Origin: Myxococcota bacterium
GTDB lineage: Bacteria; Myxococcota; UBA4151
Assembly (NCBI GenBank): GCA_036338695.1
Contig: JAYZBQ010000048.1
Span: 224,001-288,000, forward strand
Direction: 5' to 3'
Length of the DNA: 64,000 nt
Both the position numbers and the translations under genes were made by a program. Shown piece after piece: positions 10,643 to 20,481 of this stretch. The stretch's first letter is position 1. Every line of letters starts with the position of its first letter. Below the pieces are notes generated by a model, which worked only from the letters and a program-made list of their open reading frames with translations, was not told the origin of the DNA and ran no database searches.

Positions 10643-11806
10643 GTGATACGCGCGCAACTCGTCGAGCACCCCGAACATGGGATCCTGCGCCTCAGAGACG
10701 ACTACTATGCGCGCCAGCGCGCCCTCATCGGCGGGGTGATTTTGGCGGGCGCATTAATCCTCGGTCAGATTCTAGCGCAAAGGATCGGCGAGAACGTCTT
10801 CGCACAGCTGACGCAGATGGTGGTGAGCGCCGCCGGGCTCGCGTACGGCTTGATCTACGCGGCCTGGCCAAACAACCCACGCCAGACCTCGCTTGCGGTG
10901 GCCGGCGGCACCGGAGCGCTCTGCCTGCTCACGCTCGCTGGCGGGCTGCTGGTGATGGTGCTCATCAGCGTCATCGGGTTTCTCCCGAGCATCGCCGGTG
11001 GACTCCCGAGCATCGGCGGCGCGCTCTTGGGCGTCTTCTCGGTGCTGCTCGGCTCGGTCGTGGGCGCGCTGATGGTCGCGGGTGGGGTCCTGATCGTCTG
11101 CCTGGCTGGCTTCATCACGTTGCGCATCGCCGCTGGCGGTCAACTCGACGATGAGCTGATCAACGAGACGATCGACGCGGTCAAAGACAAGACGCTGTTT
11201 ATCCCGGCGGTCAGCTGGATCACCGTCGCGACGCTCCTCGCCATCGCCGCCGTCGCCATCTTATACCTTGGGACGACCCGCTTGTTCGCCGAGGCTTCAG
11301 CGAGCTCGGGGATGAGCGAGCTGGCGTCGGGGCTCGATTACCTCCTCGGCTTCAGCGACGTGGGCATTACGCTCGCCTCGGAGGGCTCGGCGAGCCTTTC
11401 CGATCTGTTGGCGGGCGTCCTCACCGCTGCAGCCGCTGCGCTCGCGCTCGGGGCGCTGCTGGCGCTCCCGCTTGCGGTCACCGCGCGCAGCTTGCTCATC
11501 TACATGCGCATCGGCGGCGCGGACTTCAGCGTAGCGCACGCAGCCTCGGTCCGAGCGCGCCCGCAGCGCACGATGGAGCCCGTCGTCGTCGCAGACGAAG
11601 AGATCGAAGACGAGCTGCCGCCGATCGCCGACGACGAAGAGAGCCTCGCCAACCTCGACCTGCGCGAAGCGATTCAGCGCCCTGAGGGCTGGGACCACGA
11701 GACAGGACACACGGCGCCCTCCGAGCCTGAGCCGCTGCAGATCGCAAGCACGGGGACAGAGGTTGAGCTCGAGCAACGCGGCGCCATCCCGCGCGTCGAC
11801 GAGTAG
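10643..11806 (+). CDS. Polytopic membrane protein with acidic C-terminal tail, unknown function
   Basis: About 6-7 hydrophobic segments; abuts the upstream stop; D/E-rich tail. Confidence 0.7.
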   Translation: MIRAQLVEHPEHGILRLRDDYYARQRALIGGVILAGALILGQILAQRIGENVFAQLTQMVVSAAGLAYGLIYAAWPNNPRQTSLAVAGGTGALCLLTLAGGLLVMVLISVIGFLPSIAGGLPSIGGALLGVFSVLLGSVVGALMVAGGVLIVCLAGFITLRIAAGGQLDDELINETIDAVKDKTLFIPAVSWITVATLLAIAAVAILYLGTTRLFAEASASSGMSELASGLDYLLGFSDVGITLASEGSASLSDLLAGVLTAAAAALALGALLALPLAVTARSLLIYMRIGGADFSVAHAASVRARPQRTMEPVVVADEEIEDELPPIADDEESLANLDLREAIQRPEGWDHETGHTAPSEPEPLQIASTGTEVELEQRGAIPRVDE

Positions 11807-11815
11807 CGCTCGGCG

Positions 11816-12778
11816 ATGAACTTCGATGACCCCGCAGCTCAGGGCTCGGGCTGGTTTGGCTGCGAAGGGACGCAAGGGATCTACGCGCTGATCGAGGCGC
11901 CGTTTGACGCCACCAGCTCGCACCACCGGCGCGCCAGCGCCGGACCGAGCGCCATGCGCGCCGCCTCACACCAGGTGGAGCTCACGCTCATCGACGGGCG
12001 CTGCCCGATCGCCCATGGGCTCGTCTCGACGCGGCTGGAGCTTGCGGAGCTTAACCAACTCGCCCTCGAGGCGATGAACCAGCTCCGCGCCGGTCAGGCG
12101 GATGCCGCCAGGCGGGTCGATGACGCGGCCAGCGCGCTCGCTTCGCAGCTCGAGGCGGCCGTCGATGCGCACTGGGCGCAAGGGCGCCAGGTCGTGATCG
12201 TCGGCGGAGACCACAGCGTAAGCTACGGCGCGCTCAAGGCAGCGCTGCAGCGCTCGCCCGAGCTCGGCATCTTGCACCTCGACGCACACGCCGACCTCCG
12301 CAGGGCGTACGAGGGCGTGACCTCATCGCATGCCTCGATCATGGATCGCGTCAAGACGCTCAGCCCGAGCACGCCGATCACACAGGTCGGCCTGCGCGAT
12401 CTCGGCAACGCCGAGCGGGCGCGTATCGCATCCGACGACTCCATCGTCGCCTTTTTCGATGAGGCGCTCGTCCACCAACAGTTCTTGGGCATGCCCTGGG
12501 CTGAGCAAGCGCGCGCCATCATCGCGACGCTCCCCGAGACGGTCTGGGTCTCGTTCGATGTCGACGCGCTCGACCCGAGCCTATGTCCGCACACGGGCAC
12601 GCCAGTCCCTGGTGGGCTGACCTACTACCAAGCGATCGATCTGCTCGACCGCGTCCAAAAGAGTGGCCGGACGCTTCTCGGCGTCGACTTAACGGAAGTC
12701 GCGGGAGACCCCTACGATGCGTTGATCGGTGCGCGGCTCGTCTACCGAGCGCTCGCGGCCTTCGAGTCAAAAAAATAA
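11816..12778 (+). CDS. speB: Agmatinase / ureohydrolase family
   Basis: GGDHS, HLDAHAD, SHAS, SFDVDALDP, PHTGTPVPGG, DLTEV metal-binding motifs. Confidence 0.85.
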   Translation: MNFDDPAAQGSGWFGCEGTQGIYALIEAPFDATSSHHRRASAGPSAMRAASHQVELTLIDGRCPIAHGLVSTRLELAELNQLALEAMNQLRAGQADAARRVDDAASALASQLEAAVDAHWAQGRQVVIVGGDHSVSYGALKAALQRSPELGILHLDAHADLRRAYEGVTSSHASIMDRVKTLSPSTPITQVGLRDLGNAERARIASDDSIVAFFDEALVHQQFLGMPWAEQARAIIATLPETVWVSFDVDALDPSLCPHTGTPVPGGLTYYQAIDLLDRVQKSGRTLLGVDLTEVAGDPYDALIGARLVYRALAAFESKK

Positions 12779-12808
12779 AAGGGCGCATCGAAACCGATGC
12801 GCACCTTT
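12769..12808 (-). terminator. Intrinsic terminator downstream of rpsU (possibly bidirectional)
   Basis: Minus strand AAAGGTGCGCATCG-GTTT-CGATGCGCCCTTT followed by TATTTTTTT. Confidence 0.8.
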
Positions 12809-12830
12809 CGAGTGAAACGTTGCGCCCGAC

Positions 12831-13061
12831 TTAGCGTCGGAAGGTACGCGAACGCTTGCCCTTGCCCTGTTTGGCTTTCTTGATCGCCTTGAAACGGCGG
12901 CGTTGTGCCTCACGTTCCTTTTTACGGCGCTGCTCGCCCGGCTTGAGGTAGTACTCACGCTTGCGGACTTCCTTGCGGATCCCCGCCTGCTCTACCTTAC
13001 GGCGGAACTTACGAAGCGCCTTCTCAACCGGATCGCCATCCCTGACTTGAACAACGGTCAT
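12831..13061 (-). CDS. rpsU: 30S ribosomal protein S21
   Basis: VQVRDGDPVEKALRKFRRKVEQAGIRKEVRKREYYLKPGEQRR. Confidence 0.95.
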   Translation of the reverse strand: MTVVQVRDGDPVEKALRKFRRKVEQAGIRKEVRKREYYLKPGEQRRKKEREAQRRRFKAIKKAKQGKGKRSRTFRR

Positions 13062-13228
13062 ATGCCGTCACCCCTTTCTGTTAGTACTCGCACGCCCAAG
13101 CATGCGGCGAGGCGGTCCCTACGGGGCCGAGCGCCCCGGCGCAAGCGAAAGCCGACGTTGTCTCGTCTAGGGGACCGTGTCAGACAGGGTGTGTAGAGTG
13201 ATCGAGCGAGGATCGAGGAGATCGAGCG

Positions 13229-14596
13229 ATGGCGCGCACCCAGAAGGTCGAGTACCACTGCACCGCCTGCGGACAGACACACACCAAATGGCACGGCAAA
13301 TGTCCGGCCTGCGGCGAATGGAACACCTTGGTCGAGCGCTCGGTCAGCAAGCCGACGCTCGAACGCCATGCGCGCCGAGTGGGTGCCCAACAGCACGCCA
13401 AGCGGGCGGTCCCCATCGCGCAGGTCGACCTGAGCGATGCGCAGCGTCACCCCGTCGGGCTGAGCGAGCTTGACCGCGTCCTCGGAGGCGGCGTCGTGCC
13501 CGGCTCATTGGTCCTCGTAGGGGGCGACCCCGGCATTGGAAAATCGACGCTGATGCTGCAAACCCTCGAGCTCCTCGCTCGCCAGGGCCAAACGACGCTC
13601 TACATCAGCGGCGAAGAGAGCGCCGCACAGACGCGGCTACGCGGCGAGCGCCTCGGCGTCGCGCACGAGGGCGTCTTGCTGCTTGCGGAGACCGACCTGA
13701 CCAAGGTCCTCGCTGAGGCGGACCGCGCCAAGCCCTCCACGCTGGTCCTCGACTCCATCCAGACGCTCTTTGCGCCCGAGGTCGACTCCGCCCCTGGCTC
13801 CATGGCGCAGCTACGCGAGGTCACGGCGCGCATCTTGATGTGGGCAAAGACCCAGGGTGTAGCGTGCTTTTTGATCGGACACGTCACCAAAGAGGGTCAA
13901 GTCGCTGGACCGCGTATGCTCGAGCATATGGTGGATACGGTGTTGTATTTCGAAGGCGAGGCAGGGGGGCTGCACCGCCTCCTGCGTGCTCGCAAAAACC
14001 GCTTTGGCTCCACCGATGAGATCGGCGTCTTCGCCATGACCGGCCGCGGCCTTGAGCCGATCTCCAACCCCAGCGAGATCTTTTTATCGCAGCGCCCCGA
14101 TGACGCCGCAGGCTCAGCCGTCATCCCGGCGCTGCAGGGGAGCCGACCGATCCTGCTTGAGGTCCAAGCGCTGGTCCACGGCGGGATGCCCTCGGGACGG
14201 CGCACAGCGCTCGGGCTGGACCGCAACCGCATCAACCTACTGACCGCGGTGCTCGAGCGGCGCGTCGGCTTAGCGTTTGCGGATCATGATCTGTACCTGT
14301 CGGTGGTCGGTGGCGCCCGCTTGAGCGAACCAGCGGCTGACCTTGCGCTCGCTGCGGCCATGGTGTCGAGCTTTCGCAACCTGCCGATCGAGCCCAAAAC
14401 GGTCTGCTTCGGAGAGATCGGTCTCGCCGGTGAGTTGCGCCCGGTACACGCCACCGAGAGCCGCCTCAAAGAAGCCGCCAAGCTCGGGTTCCACCACGCC
14501 GTCATCCCGCACGCCAGCGAGAAGCTGACGGTGGACGGGATGCGCATCACCCCATGCAAGAGCTTGAGCGACGCCCTCGATGCCCTGTTTGGCTAA
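13229..14596 (+). CDS. radA: DNA repair protein RadA/Sms
   Basis: C4 zinc finger CTAC..CPAC, GDPGIGKST, KNRFG, Lon-like C-terminus. Confidence 0.97.
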   Translation: MARTQKVEYHCTACGQTHTKWHGKCPACGEWNTLVERSVSKPTLERHARRVGAQQHAKRAVPIAQVDLSDAQRHPVGLSELDRVLGGGVVPGSLVLVGGDPGIGKSTLMLQTLELLARQGQTTLYISGEESAAQTRLRGERLGVAHEGVLLLAETDLTKVLAEADRAKPSTLVLDSIQTLFAPEVDSAPGSMAQLREVTARILMWAKTQGVACFLIGHVTKEGQVAGPRMLEHMVDTVLYFEGEAGGLHRLLRARKNRFGSTDEIGVFAMTGRGLEPISNPSEIFLSQRPDDAAGSAVIPALQGSRPILLEVQALVHGGMPSGRRTALGLDRNRINLLTAVLERRVGLAFADHDLYLSVVGGARLSEPAADLALAAAMVSSFRNLPIEPKTVCFGEIGLAGELRPVHATESRLKEAAKLGFHHAVIPHASEKLTVDGMRITPCKSLSDALDALFG

Positions 14597-14601
14597 AGCC
14601 C

Positions 14602-17415
14602 CTAGCGCGTCGGTGGGTTGCCCTCAGCGCTGTACTCAAGCCCCGTCAGCGGCGTAATGATCTGCTGATCGTCGGCGGTGACGCCGTCGTAGACCAACCC
14701 GCCGGCGATGTACCCGCTGCGCTGCTCACCCTCACCCACGATCACCGGCGTCGGAAAGGCGCGCGGCATGCTCATCTCGGCTTCCATCATCGAGCTGTTC
14801 AGGGTCTCAAGGTTGATCATCTCAACGGTGTAAAGCGCCTTGACCGGTAAACCCGGGATGTCCGCCGTCTCTTGGTTACCCCCTGCGATCATGACGAGAT
14901 CATCGCCTGCGGGGACCACCGCGGGGCCGCGCCGGCTCTGCGCTAGATTAATTGGCGCAAAGGCGCCCGAGGTGATCACATAAAGGTCGGCGTCGGTCGC
15001 CGCCCGATAGCCGCCTCGCCAGATCTCACCGCCGGCAAACAACACCTGATCTGCGTTGCCGACACGCACGCCCAAGTGCCCATGGTGCCGGCGTGCATTT
15101 TGTGGCGCGTTGCCCGTCGCCACGCTCAGATCTTGCGGGTTAAACAGGTCCACAGGTGCGGCGTTGCGTTGCGGATCGGTACCCCCGTGGAGCAAAATCC
15201 GCCCGTCGGGCAGCGGGCTCAGACTCGGTCGGAACCGGCCCGTGTTCATACGCTGTTCGACCTCGGTCCACTCCTGCGTGAAGGGGTCGTACAGCTCGAG
15301 CGTATCGGTTGGGTCGGCCTGGTTGGTAAGCCCACCAGCGACGACGACATCGCCCGAGTCCAGTAAATAGGCGGCGTGGTCCGAGCGAGCCAGGTTGAGC
15401 GAGCCGGTTAAGCGGCCGCCATCTTCACTGTTCCAGATCTCAACGCTGCGCAGCGCCTGACCCTGCTCGTCGCGCCCCCCGATGATCAGGTAGGTGTCGT
15501 CGTCACCCGGCAACCGCACGGCGGCGGCGTCTGCGCGCGCAACCTGCATCGGCGGAAGATCAGAGAACCCGGTGCTCAAGCTCCGCACTCGGTCGCTGAC
15601 GCGCCCGGTGTGCAGGTCGATCCCACCAAAGAAGGTCATGTCCTGACCGCTCGCCGCCTTGGCGTGCCGCGGCCCGAGCAGCCCGTACGAGCTGAAGCTC
15701 GCGTTGCTGAGCAAAAATCGCTCGGCGTTTGTGTGCGCCGTCGGTCGACCCACCATCGATGACCCGCCGATCACAAAAGCGCCGTCCTCGCCGAGTCGAC
15801 CCGCGAAGGCGTGGTAGCGCCTGCTGCTCATGCGATTCGCAAGAGGCAGCCATTGCCCGAGCAGCCCGACCCAACGCTCAGCGTCCTGACGCGCCGCTTC
15901 AGGCCCCTCTTCAGGGACATAAATACGATCCGCACCCCCCATCACGAGGATGGTCTCGTCGCTCAAGACGACGGCGTTGTGGCCGTAGCGAGGCGCGGTC
16001 ATCGCCGTCCCCTCGCTCAGAGAACCCTGCCCCGGGACGCCCGTTGGGGTCAGCCACACGACGCTCGAGTGTACCGTCTCGCCATCATGCCCACCGGCGA
16101 TCATCACCTTGGTCTGCCCGGCCTCGACCACGACGGTAGCTGTGTGACCCAAGCGAGGGTTGCCGAGCGTGGTCTGGAGCGGAACCAGCGCCTCACCCGA
16201 GAAGAATTCACCGTCGTCTCGGATGCCCTCATCGCCCATACCACCGAGCAAGAGCACCTGGTCTCCCGGCAGCACCGTGGCGGTGTGGAACCAGCGCGGG
16301 GCGCTCGTGACCTCCAAGCTACGGACCTGACCCAGGCCTGGGCTAAACAGCTCAACGGCGACGGCAGGCTCTTCGCTGTAGGGTTCCCCCGGCGCCTGAC
16401 CGGGCGTGCGCGTCAGCCCGCCCAAGATGACCACGTTGGCGCCGACTCGGCTCGCCGTGTGACCGTAACGACCGATGTTCATGGCGCCCGCAGGTGCGAT
16501 GGTCCCGTCGTCGGGGTTGAAGATCTCAATCGATGTGCTCGCCGAGGCGCGGTCGGCGAGCGCGTTGTCCAGTCCGCCCGTAATCAGGACCGTCCCATCG
16601 GGTAAGAGCGCAAGGGCTGGATGAATCCGCCCGGTCGCCATCGGACCGTGCCAAGTCGGCGCGCCACTTCTCGGGTCGAACACCTCGATCGTGTTGTCCG
16701 CAGCCCCTTGCCGGTTCACACCGCCGACGAGGACCATGCGCCCATCGTCGAGCTGAATCGCGGCGCCGCCCGCGCGCGCTTGCTGCCCCGCGTACGCCGC
16801 CTTGAAATGGCCATCCGACCAGAAAGGGAACCCGCCATCAGGTCGCACCGGCGGACCGTAGTCCGGTCGGCCGGCGTCATGAAAGCCGGTATCTCGAACG
16901 TCCGGCGATGGACCTGCATCGGTGACGCCCGCATCGGGCGGCTGCGTCTGCCCCTCGTACGAGGTGCCCACGAGCGAGACGTCCTGCGGGGGCGGGCAGC
17001 GCACCTGCTCGTTGATGTCAGGGTGGCTAAAGCGCACCGTGCCGCGATGGCTCTGTCCGCCCGCCGAGACCGCCGTGATCGGGGCGTAGGTCACCGTCAC
17101 GTCAACGACGGCGCCGGTGCCGATGGGTTCGGTGATCACCGGCAAGCTCTCAAACTGAGCCTTCACGTTCTCGCCGGTCCCATCACGCCACTGAATCTCG
17201 AATTGCGGCAGCGCCGTGTTGCCCACGTTCTCGATACGGATGGTGGTCTCTTCTCGGGTCCGCACCCGCACCCGCTGAAAATCGACCGTTGCGGTCCCGG
17301 GCGGCGCGCTGAGTGCGGTCACGCGATACTCGCAGCGCTTCTGCGTGAACTGCGGGTCGTCGCAGTTACAACCCCAGAGTGAGAGCATCACCAGCATGGA
17401 CGCAGATCGGCGCAT
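14602..17415 (-). CDS. Lipoprotein with Ig-like (ASH/choice-of-anchor D-like) domain and many Kelch repeats
   Basis: Lipobox LWGCNC; ITIENVGN Ig domain; repeated R..H....L.DG.VL..GG....E.F.P Kelch units. Confidence 0.85.
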   Translation of the reverse strand: MRRSASMLVMLSLWGCNCDDPQFTQKRCEYRVTALSAPPGTATVDFQRVRVRTREETTIRIENVGNTALPQFEIQWRDGTGENVKAQFESLPVITEPIGTGAVVDVTVTYAPITAVSAGGQSHRGTVRFSHPDINEQVRCPPPQDVSLVGTSYEGQTQPPDAGVTDAGPSPDVRDTGFHDAGRPDYGPPVRPDGGFPFWSDGHFKAAYAGQQARAGGAAIQLDDGRMVLVGGVNRQGAADNTIEVFDPRSGAPTWHGPMATGRIHPALALLPDGTVLITGGLDNALADRASASTSIEIFNPDDGTIAPAGAMNIGRYGHTASRVGANVVILGGLTRTPGQAPGEPYSEEPAVAVELFSPGLGQVRSLEVTSAPRWFHTATVLPGDQVLLLGGMGDEGIRDDGEFFSGEALVPLQTTLGNPRLGHTATVVVEAGQTKVMIAGGHDGETVHSSVVWLTPTGVPGQGSLSEGTAMTAPRYGHNAVVLSDETILVMGGADRIYVPEEGPEAARQDAERWVGLLGQWLPLANRMSSRRYHAFAGRLGEDGAFVIGGSSMVGRPTAHTNAERFLLSNASFSSYGLLGPRHAKAASGQDMTFFGGIDLHTGRVSDRVRSLSTGFSDLPPMQVARADAAAVRLPGDDDTYLIIGGRDEQGQALRSVEIWNSEDGGRLTGSLNLARSDHAAYLLDSGDVVVAGGLTNQADPTDTLELYDPFTQEWTEVEQRMNTGRFRPSLSPLPDGRILLHGGTDPQRNAAPVDLFNPQDLSVATGNAPQNARRHHGHLGVRVGNADQVLFAGGEIWRGGYRAATDADLYVITSGAFAPINLAQSRRGPAVVPAGDDLVMIAGGNQETADIPGLPVKALYTVEMINLETLNSSMMEAEMSMPRAFPTPVIVGEGEQRSGYIAGGLVYDGVTADDQQIITPLTGLEYSAEGNPPTR

Positions 17416-17503
17416 GGACGACTTCCTTCCTCAAGCGGCGCACGACTCACTCGCGCCCCAGGTCAGCTTAGCGGCTTTGCGGCCTTTCGACCACCTCGCT
17501 CAC

Positions 17504-18487
17504 TCAGCGCTCGCCCCGTGCGACCGCACCAAAAAAGTGGCGCCTGAGCGCGCCGATGCCGCGGTCCTGACCGTCCGGCCAGGTGCGGTTGGTGAGCAGC
17601 ACGGCGGCGCGGTCGGCGTCTGGGTCGATCCAAAACGCGGTCCCGGTGTAGCCGAGGTGTCCAAAGGCGCTCGCCCCCCAGCCACCGCCCGTCGTTCCAC
17701 CCGGCGTCGGCACGTCAAAGCCCGCCGTACGCCCACCGTGCTGTGGCACGATCAGGGCGCTCGCGGCGCGCGGGACGCTCGAGGGACGACCGCAGGCGAG
17801 ATCAAGCCACGAGCGCACCGCAGCGGCGGTCGCCTCGATCCCTCCAAACCAGCCGGCGTGACCGCAATTCCGGCCCCCGGCGCGCCGGCAGGTCGGGTCA
17901 TGGACCCGCCCTTTGAGGGGCATCTGGTCGGGGTCATAACCCGTGGGGATGCAGCGCTCGAGGTCAGCGCCACTTGGGATCAAGAAACCTTGCGGAGCCG
18001 CCAGCTCATCAACCGCCATCCCAGCTCGCTGGCAGATCCACGCGCAGAGGATAAACCCGAGATCCGAGTACACGACCGTCCCGGGGCGATGCTTAAGCGG
18101 CAGCTCAAGGACTCGGCGCCTGAGCTCACGCAAGCGCCGCTCCGGCGCGCCGATTAACCTGTCGGCGAGCCGCTCTGAAAAGGCGAGCAAGCCCGCTCGG
18201 TGATGCAACAGATCCGCAAGGGTCGCAGCGCCAAGCTGGGCAGGCGCCTCGGGCAACCACTCGCCCACCGACTGCTCGAGTGTGAGCGCCCCGTCCTCGA
18301 TAAGCTGCGCAACGGCTCGCACCGTCCCAAGTGGCTTGGTCAAGCTCGCGAGATCAAAGAGGTCGTTCGGTCGGCACCCGATGGATCCCAACCGTGTCGG
18401 CTCATCACCCTCGATGAGCGCATAGCCGAGCGCCGTGCACACCCGCCCCTCGCCGACAAAGCGCTCAAGCCCAAACGGGTGCGTCAC
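17504..18487 (-). CDS. Serine hydrolase, beta-lactamase/AmpC-like family
   Basis: FDLASLTK (SxxK), YSDLGF, GRVHDP, GHAG, FGHLGYTG, LLTNR. Confidence 0.9.
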   Translation of the reverse strand: MTHPFGLERFVGEGRVCTALGYALIEGDEPTRLGSIGCRPNDLFDLASLTKPLGTVRAVAQLIEDGALTLEQSVGEWLPEAPAQLGAATLADLLHHRAGLLAFSERLADRLIGAPERRLRELRRRVLELPLKHRPGTVVYSDLGFILCAWICQRAGMAVDELAAPQGFLIPSGADLERCIPTGYDPDQMPLKGRVHDPTCRRAGGRNCGHAGWFGGIEATAAAVRSWLDLACGRPSSVPRAASALIVPQHGGRTAGFDVPTPGGTTGGGWGASAFGHLGYTGTAFWIDPDADRAAVLLTNRTWPDGQDRGIGALRRHFFGAVARGER

Positions 18488-19314
18488 GCCATCACTCCGC
18501 TGAGCTCCATGTGACCGCCCTGACAGCGCACCGACTCACCCCAAATAAAAGCGTGATTACGGATGCCGTGACCAACAGGAGCGCCCGTCCAACAGGGTAT
18601 CCCAAGCGCCTGCAACCGCCGCTGATGGCGCGTGACAGAGCCCTCTTCACAGTCGACGAATTCACCCCAGACCACGGCGCACGCGCGGGCTAGATCCGTT
18701 GCGTTGAGCAGATGAGTCAGCGCGCGATCGCTGCGGTACCACGGCTCACCGACCTCCTCGAGAACGACCACCCGGCCTGCAAACGAGACCTGGTTCGGGG
18801 TCCCGATTAGGCGCGTCAGCACCTCGAGGTTGCCCCCGATCAGCGGTCCTGAAAACGCGCCCTCTTGGGGTGTTAGTCGCCAGGTCCGAGGCGCTGCGCG
18901 CACCGCATCCATCAAGGCGCTCACGCTGGCGTCGTCCGCTTGAGCCAAGCTCGTCACGACGGGCCCATGAAGCGCACGCCCACCCGCCTGAAATACCGCT
19001 GCGAGCAGCGCGGTCACGTCCGAAAAACCGATCACCGGCTTGTGCGTCAGCGGCAGGCCGTCGAGGTCGAGGCGGGTGACCCCATACCCCCCACGCACGG
19101 CCCACGCCACCGCGGCGTCGGCGTCAAGGGCTTGGCGCAGGCTCATCACACGCTCATCGTCGTCACCTGCGAGGTACTGTCCAGGCGCTGCCACCGCGCT
19201 GCGCGGCAGCTCACCCGGGACCCACCCCAACTGGCGAGCGCGCGCAAGCCCCGCCTCGATACGCTCCGCTGGCGCGCGCCCAGACGCAGCAAACAACGCG
19301 GCACGAACCATCAT
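18484..19314 (-). CDS. ldcA: LD-carboxypeptidase (peptidase S66)
   Basis: YLAGDD..R, RGGYG, GFSDVT, GGNL, LEEVGE, PVGHG catalytic triad context; start set at ATG 19314. Confidence 0.85.
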   Translation of the reverse strand: MMVRAALFAASGRAPAERIEAGLARARQLGWVPGELPRSAVAAPGQYLAGDDDERVMSLRQALDADAAVAWAVRGGYGVTRLDLDGLPLTHKPVIGFSDVTALLAAVFQAGGRALHGPVVTSLAQADDASVSALMDAVRAAPRTWRLTPQEGAFSGPLIGGNLEVLTRLIGTPNQVSFAGRVVVLEEVGEPWYRSDRALTHLLNATDLARACAVVWGEFVDCEEGSVTRHQRRLQALGIPCWTGAPVGHGIRNHAFIWGESVRCQGGHMELSGVMA

Positions 19315-19467
19315 AAGCCCCCTCGGCCAGGTTTGAATGAATCCCTCAAACCAGCGTTTAGCTACTACACACCTCTTGACTGTCTCATGCCGCCTTGTCA
19401 CCCCCTTCAAAACCTGGCCACATGTCGGTAACGAACATTTTCCAGCCCTTATCAGGACCCTGACGCC

Positions 19468-20481
19468 ATGCGCTTGACCCTTATCTTCGCCCTCATCGCC
19501 TCCCCCGCCATGGCACAGAGCCCCTTCGGTGCAGACAGCACACCGAATTCGTGGCGCCAGCTCACGGAGAAGTACCGCTATAAATGCCCCGGGCCGTTCA
19601 CCAAGGTCAAAGAGCCGGACACGGTTAAGATGGCGGGCTTTGACGTCGAGCGCAACGGCAGCACCTGGACCATCAAGGGCAGCACCAAAGCAGCTGGCAC
19701 GCTCAACATTGGCGTCCTCGGTGCCATCAAAGACGCCGGGCGAGACACCAAGAAAAACCTTGAGACCTTCGCCAACTGGTTCAAGCAGAACAAGGTCGAT
19801 ATCGTGGTCGCAAACGGCGATATTGCCCTCGACGAGTTCGACCTCGAAGAGGTCTTCCTCGAGCTCGGCAAACTGAATCTCCCGGTGATCGTCTTTGCGG
19901 GGAACTCAGAAAGCCGGACGAGCTTTAACCGCACGGCAACCGAGGTCGCTCGCAAGGTGCCGCAGCTGATCAACGGGAACTGGGTGCGCGAGATCCGCTG
20001 GGGTAAGTACAGCCTCTGGACGCTCCCAGGATACCACGACAAAAAGTTCCTCTATGGACGCAACGGTTGCCTCTACGAGCGCAAGCACATCCGCGCCTTA
20101 GGCAAGCAGATCGGCAAGGCGAAGGGTCAGGTCAACGTCCTGCTCGCGCACGGTCCGCCTCGCTACACAGGCAAGGTGGCGCTCGATAAGATCACCGACG
20201 GCAAGCACGTGGGCGATAAATGGATGGCGAAGCTGATCAAGGATTACTCCATTAAGTGGGGCATCTTTGGTCACATCCTCGAAGCGGGCGCCACGCTGGC
20301 GACGAAGATGGGGAACCGCCCGGCGGCCGCTGATTCACGGCAAAAATCGCTCTACCTCAACGCCGGCTCGGCGAACGGTCTACCGTGGGGTATGAACGAC
20401 GGCTCCACCCTGCGTGGGTTGGCAGCTGTGATGTCACTCGACGGCAAGTCCGGCGTCATCAAGCTCAAGAAGATCAAGTGA
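19468..20481 (+). CDS. Secreted metallophosphoesterase-fold protein (atypical metal ligands, Lys-rich)
   Basis: Signal peptide (AMA); NGDI, GNSE, AHGPP, GHILE motifs of the calcineurin-like fold. Confidence 0.75.
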   Translation: MRLTLIFALIASPAMAQSPFGADSTPNSWRQLTEKYRYKCPGPFTKVKEPDTVKMAGFDVERNGSTWTIKGSTKAAGTLNIGVLGAIKDAGRDTKKNLETFANWFKQNKVDIVVANGDIALDEFDLEEVFLELGKLNLPVIVFAGNSESRTSFNRTATEVARKVPQLINGNWVREIRWGKYSLWTLPGYHDKKFLYGRNGCLYERKHIRALGKQIGKAKGQVNVLLAHGPPRYTGKVALDKITDGKHVGDKWMAKLIKDYSIKWGIFGHILEAGATLATKMGNRPAAADSRQKSLYLNAGSANGLPWGMNDGSTLRGLAAVMSLDGKSGVIKLKKIK

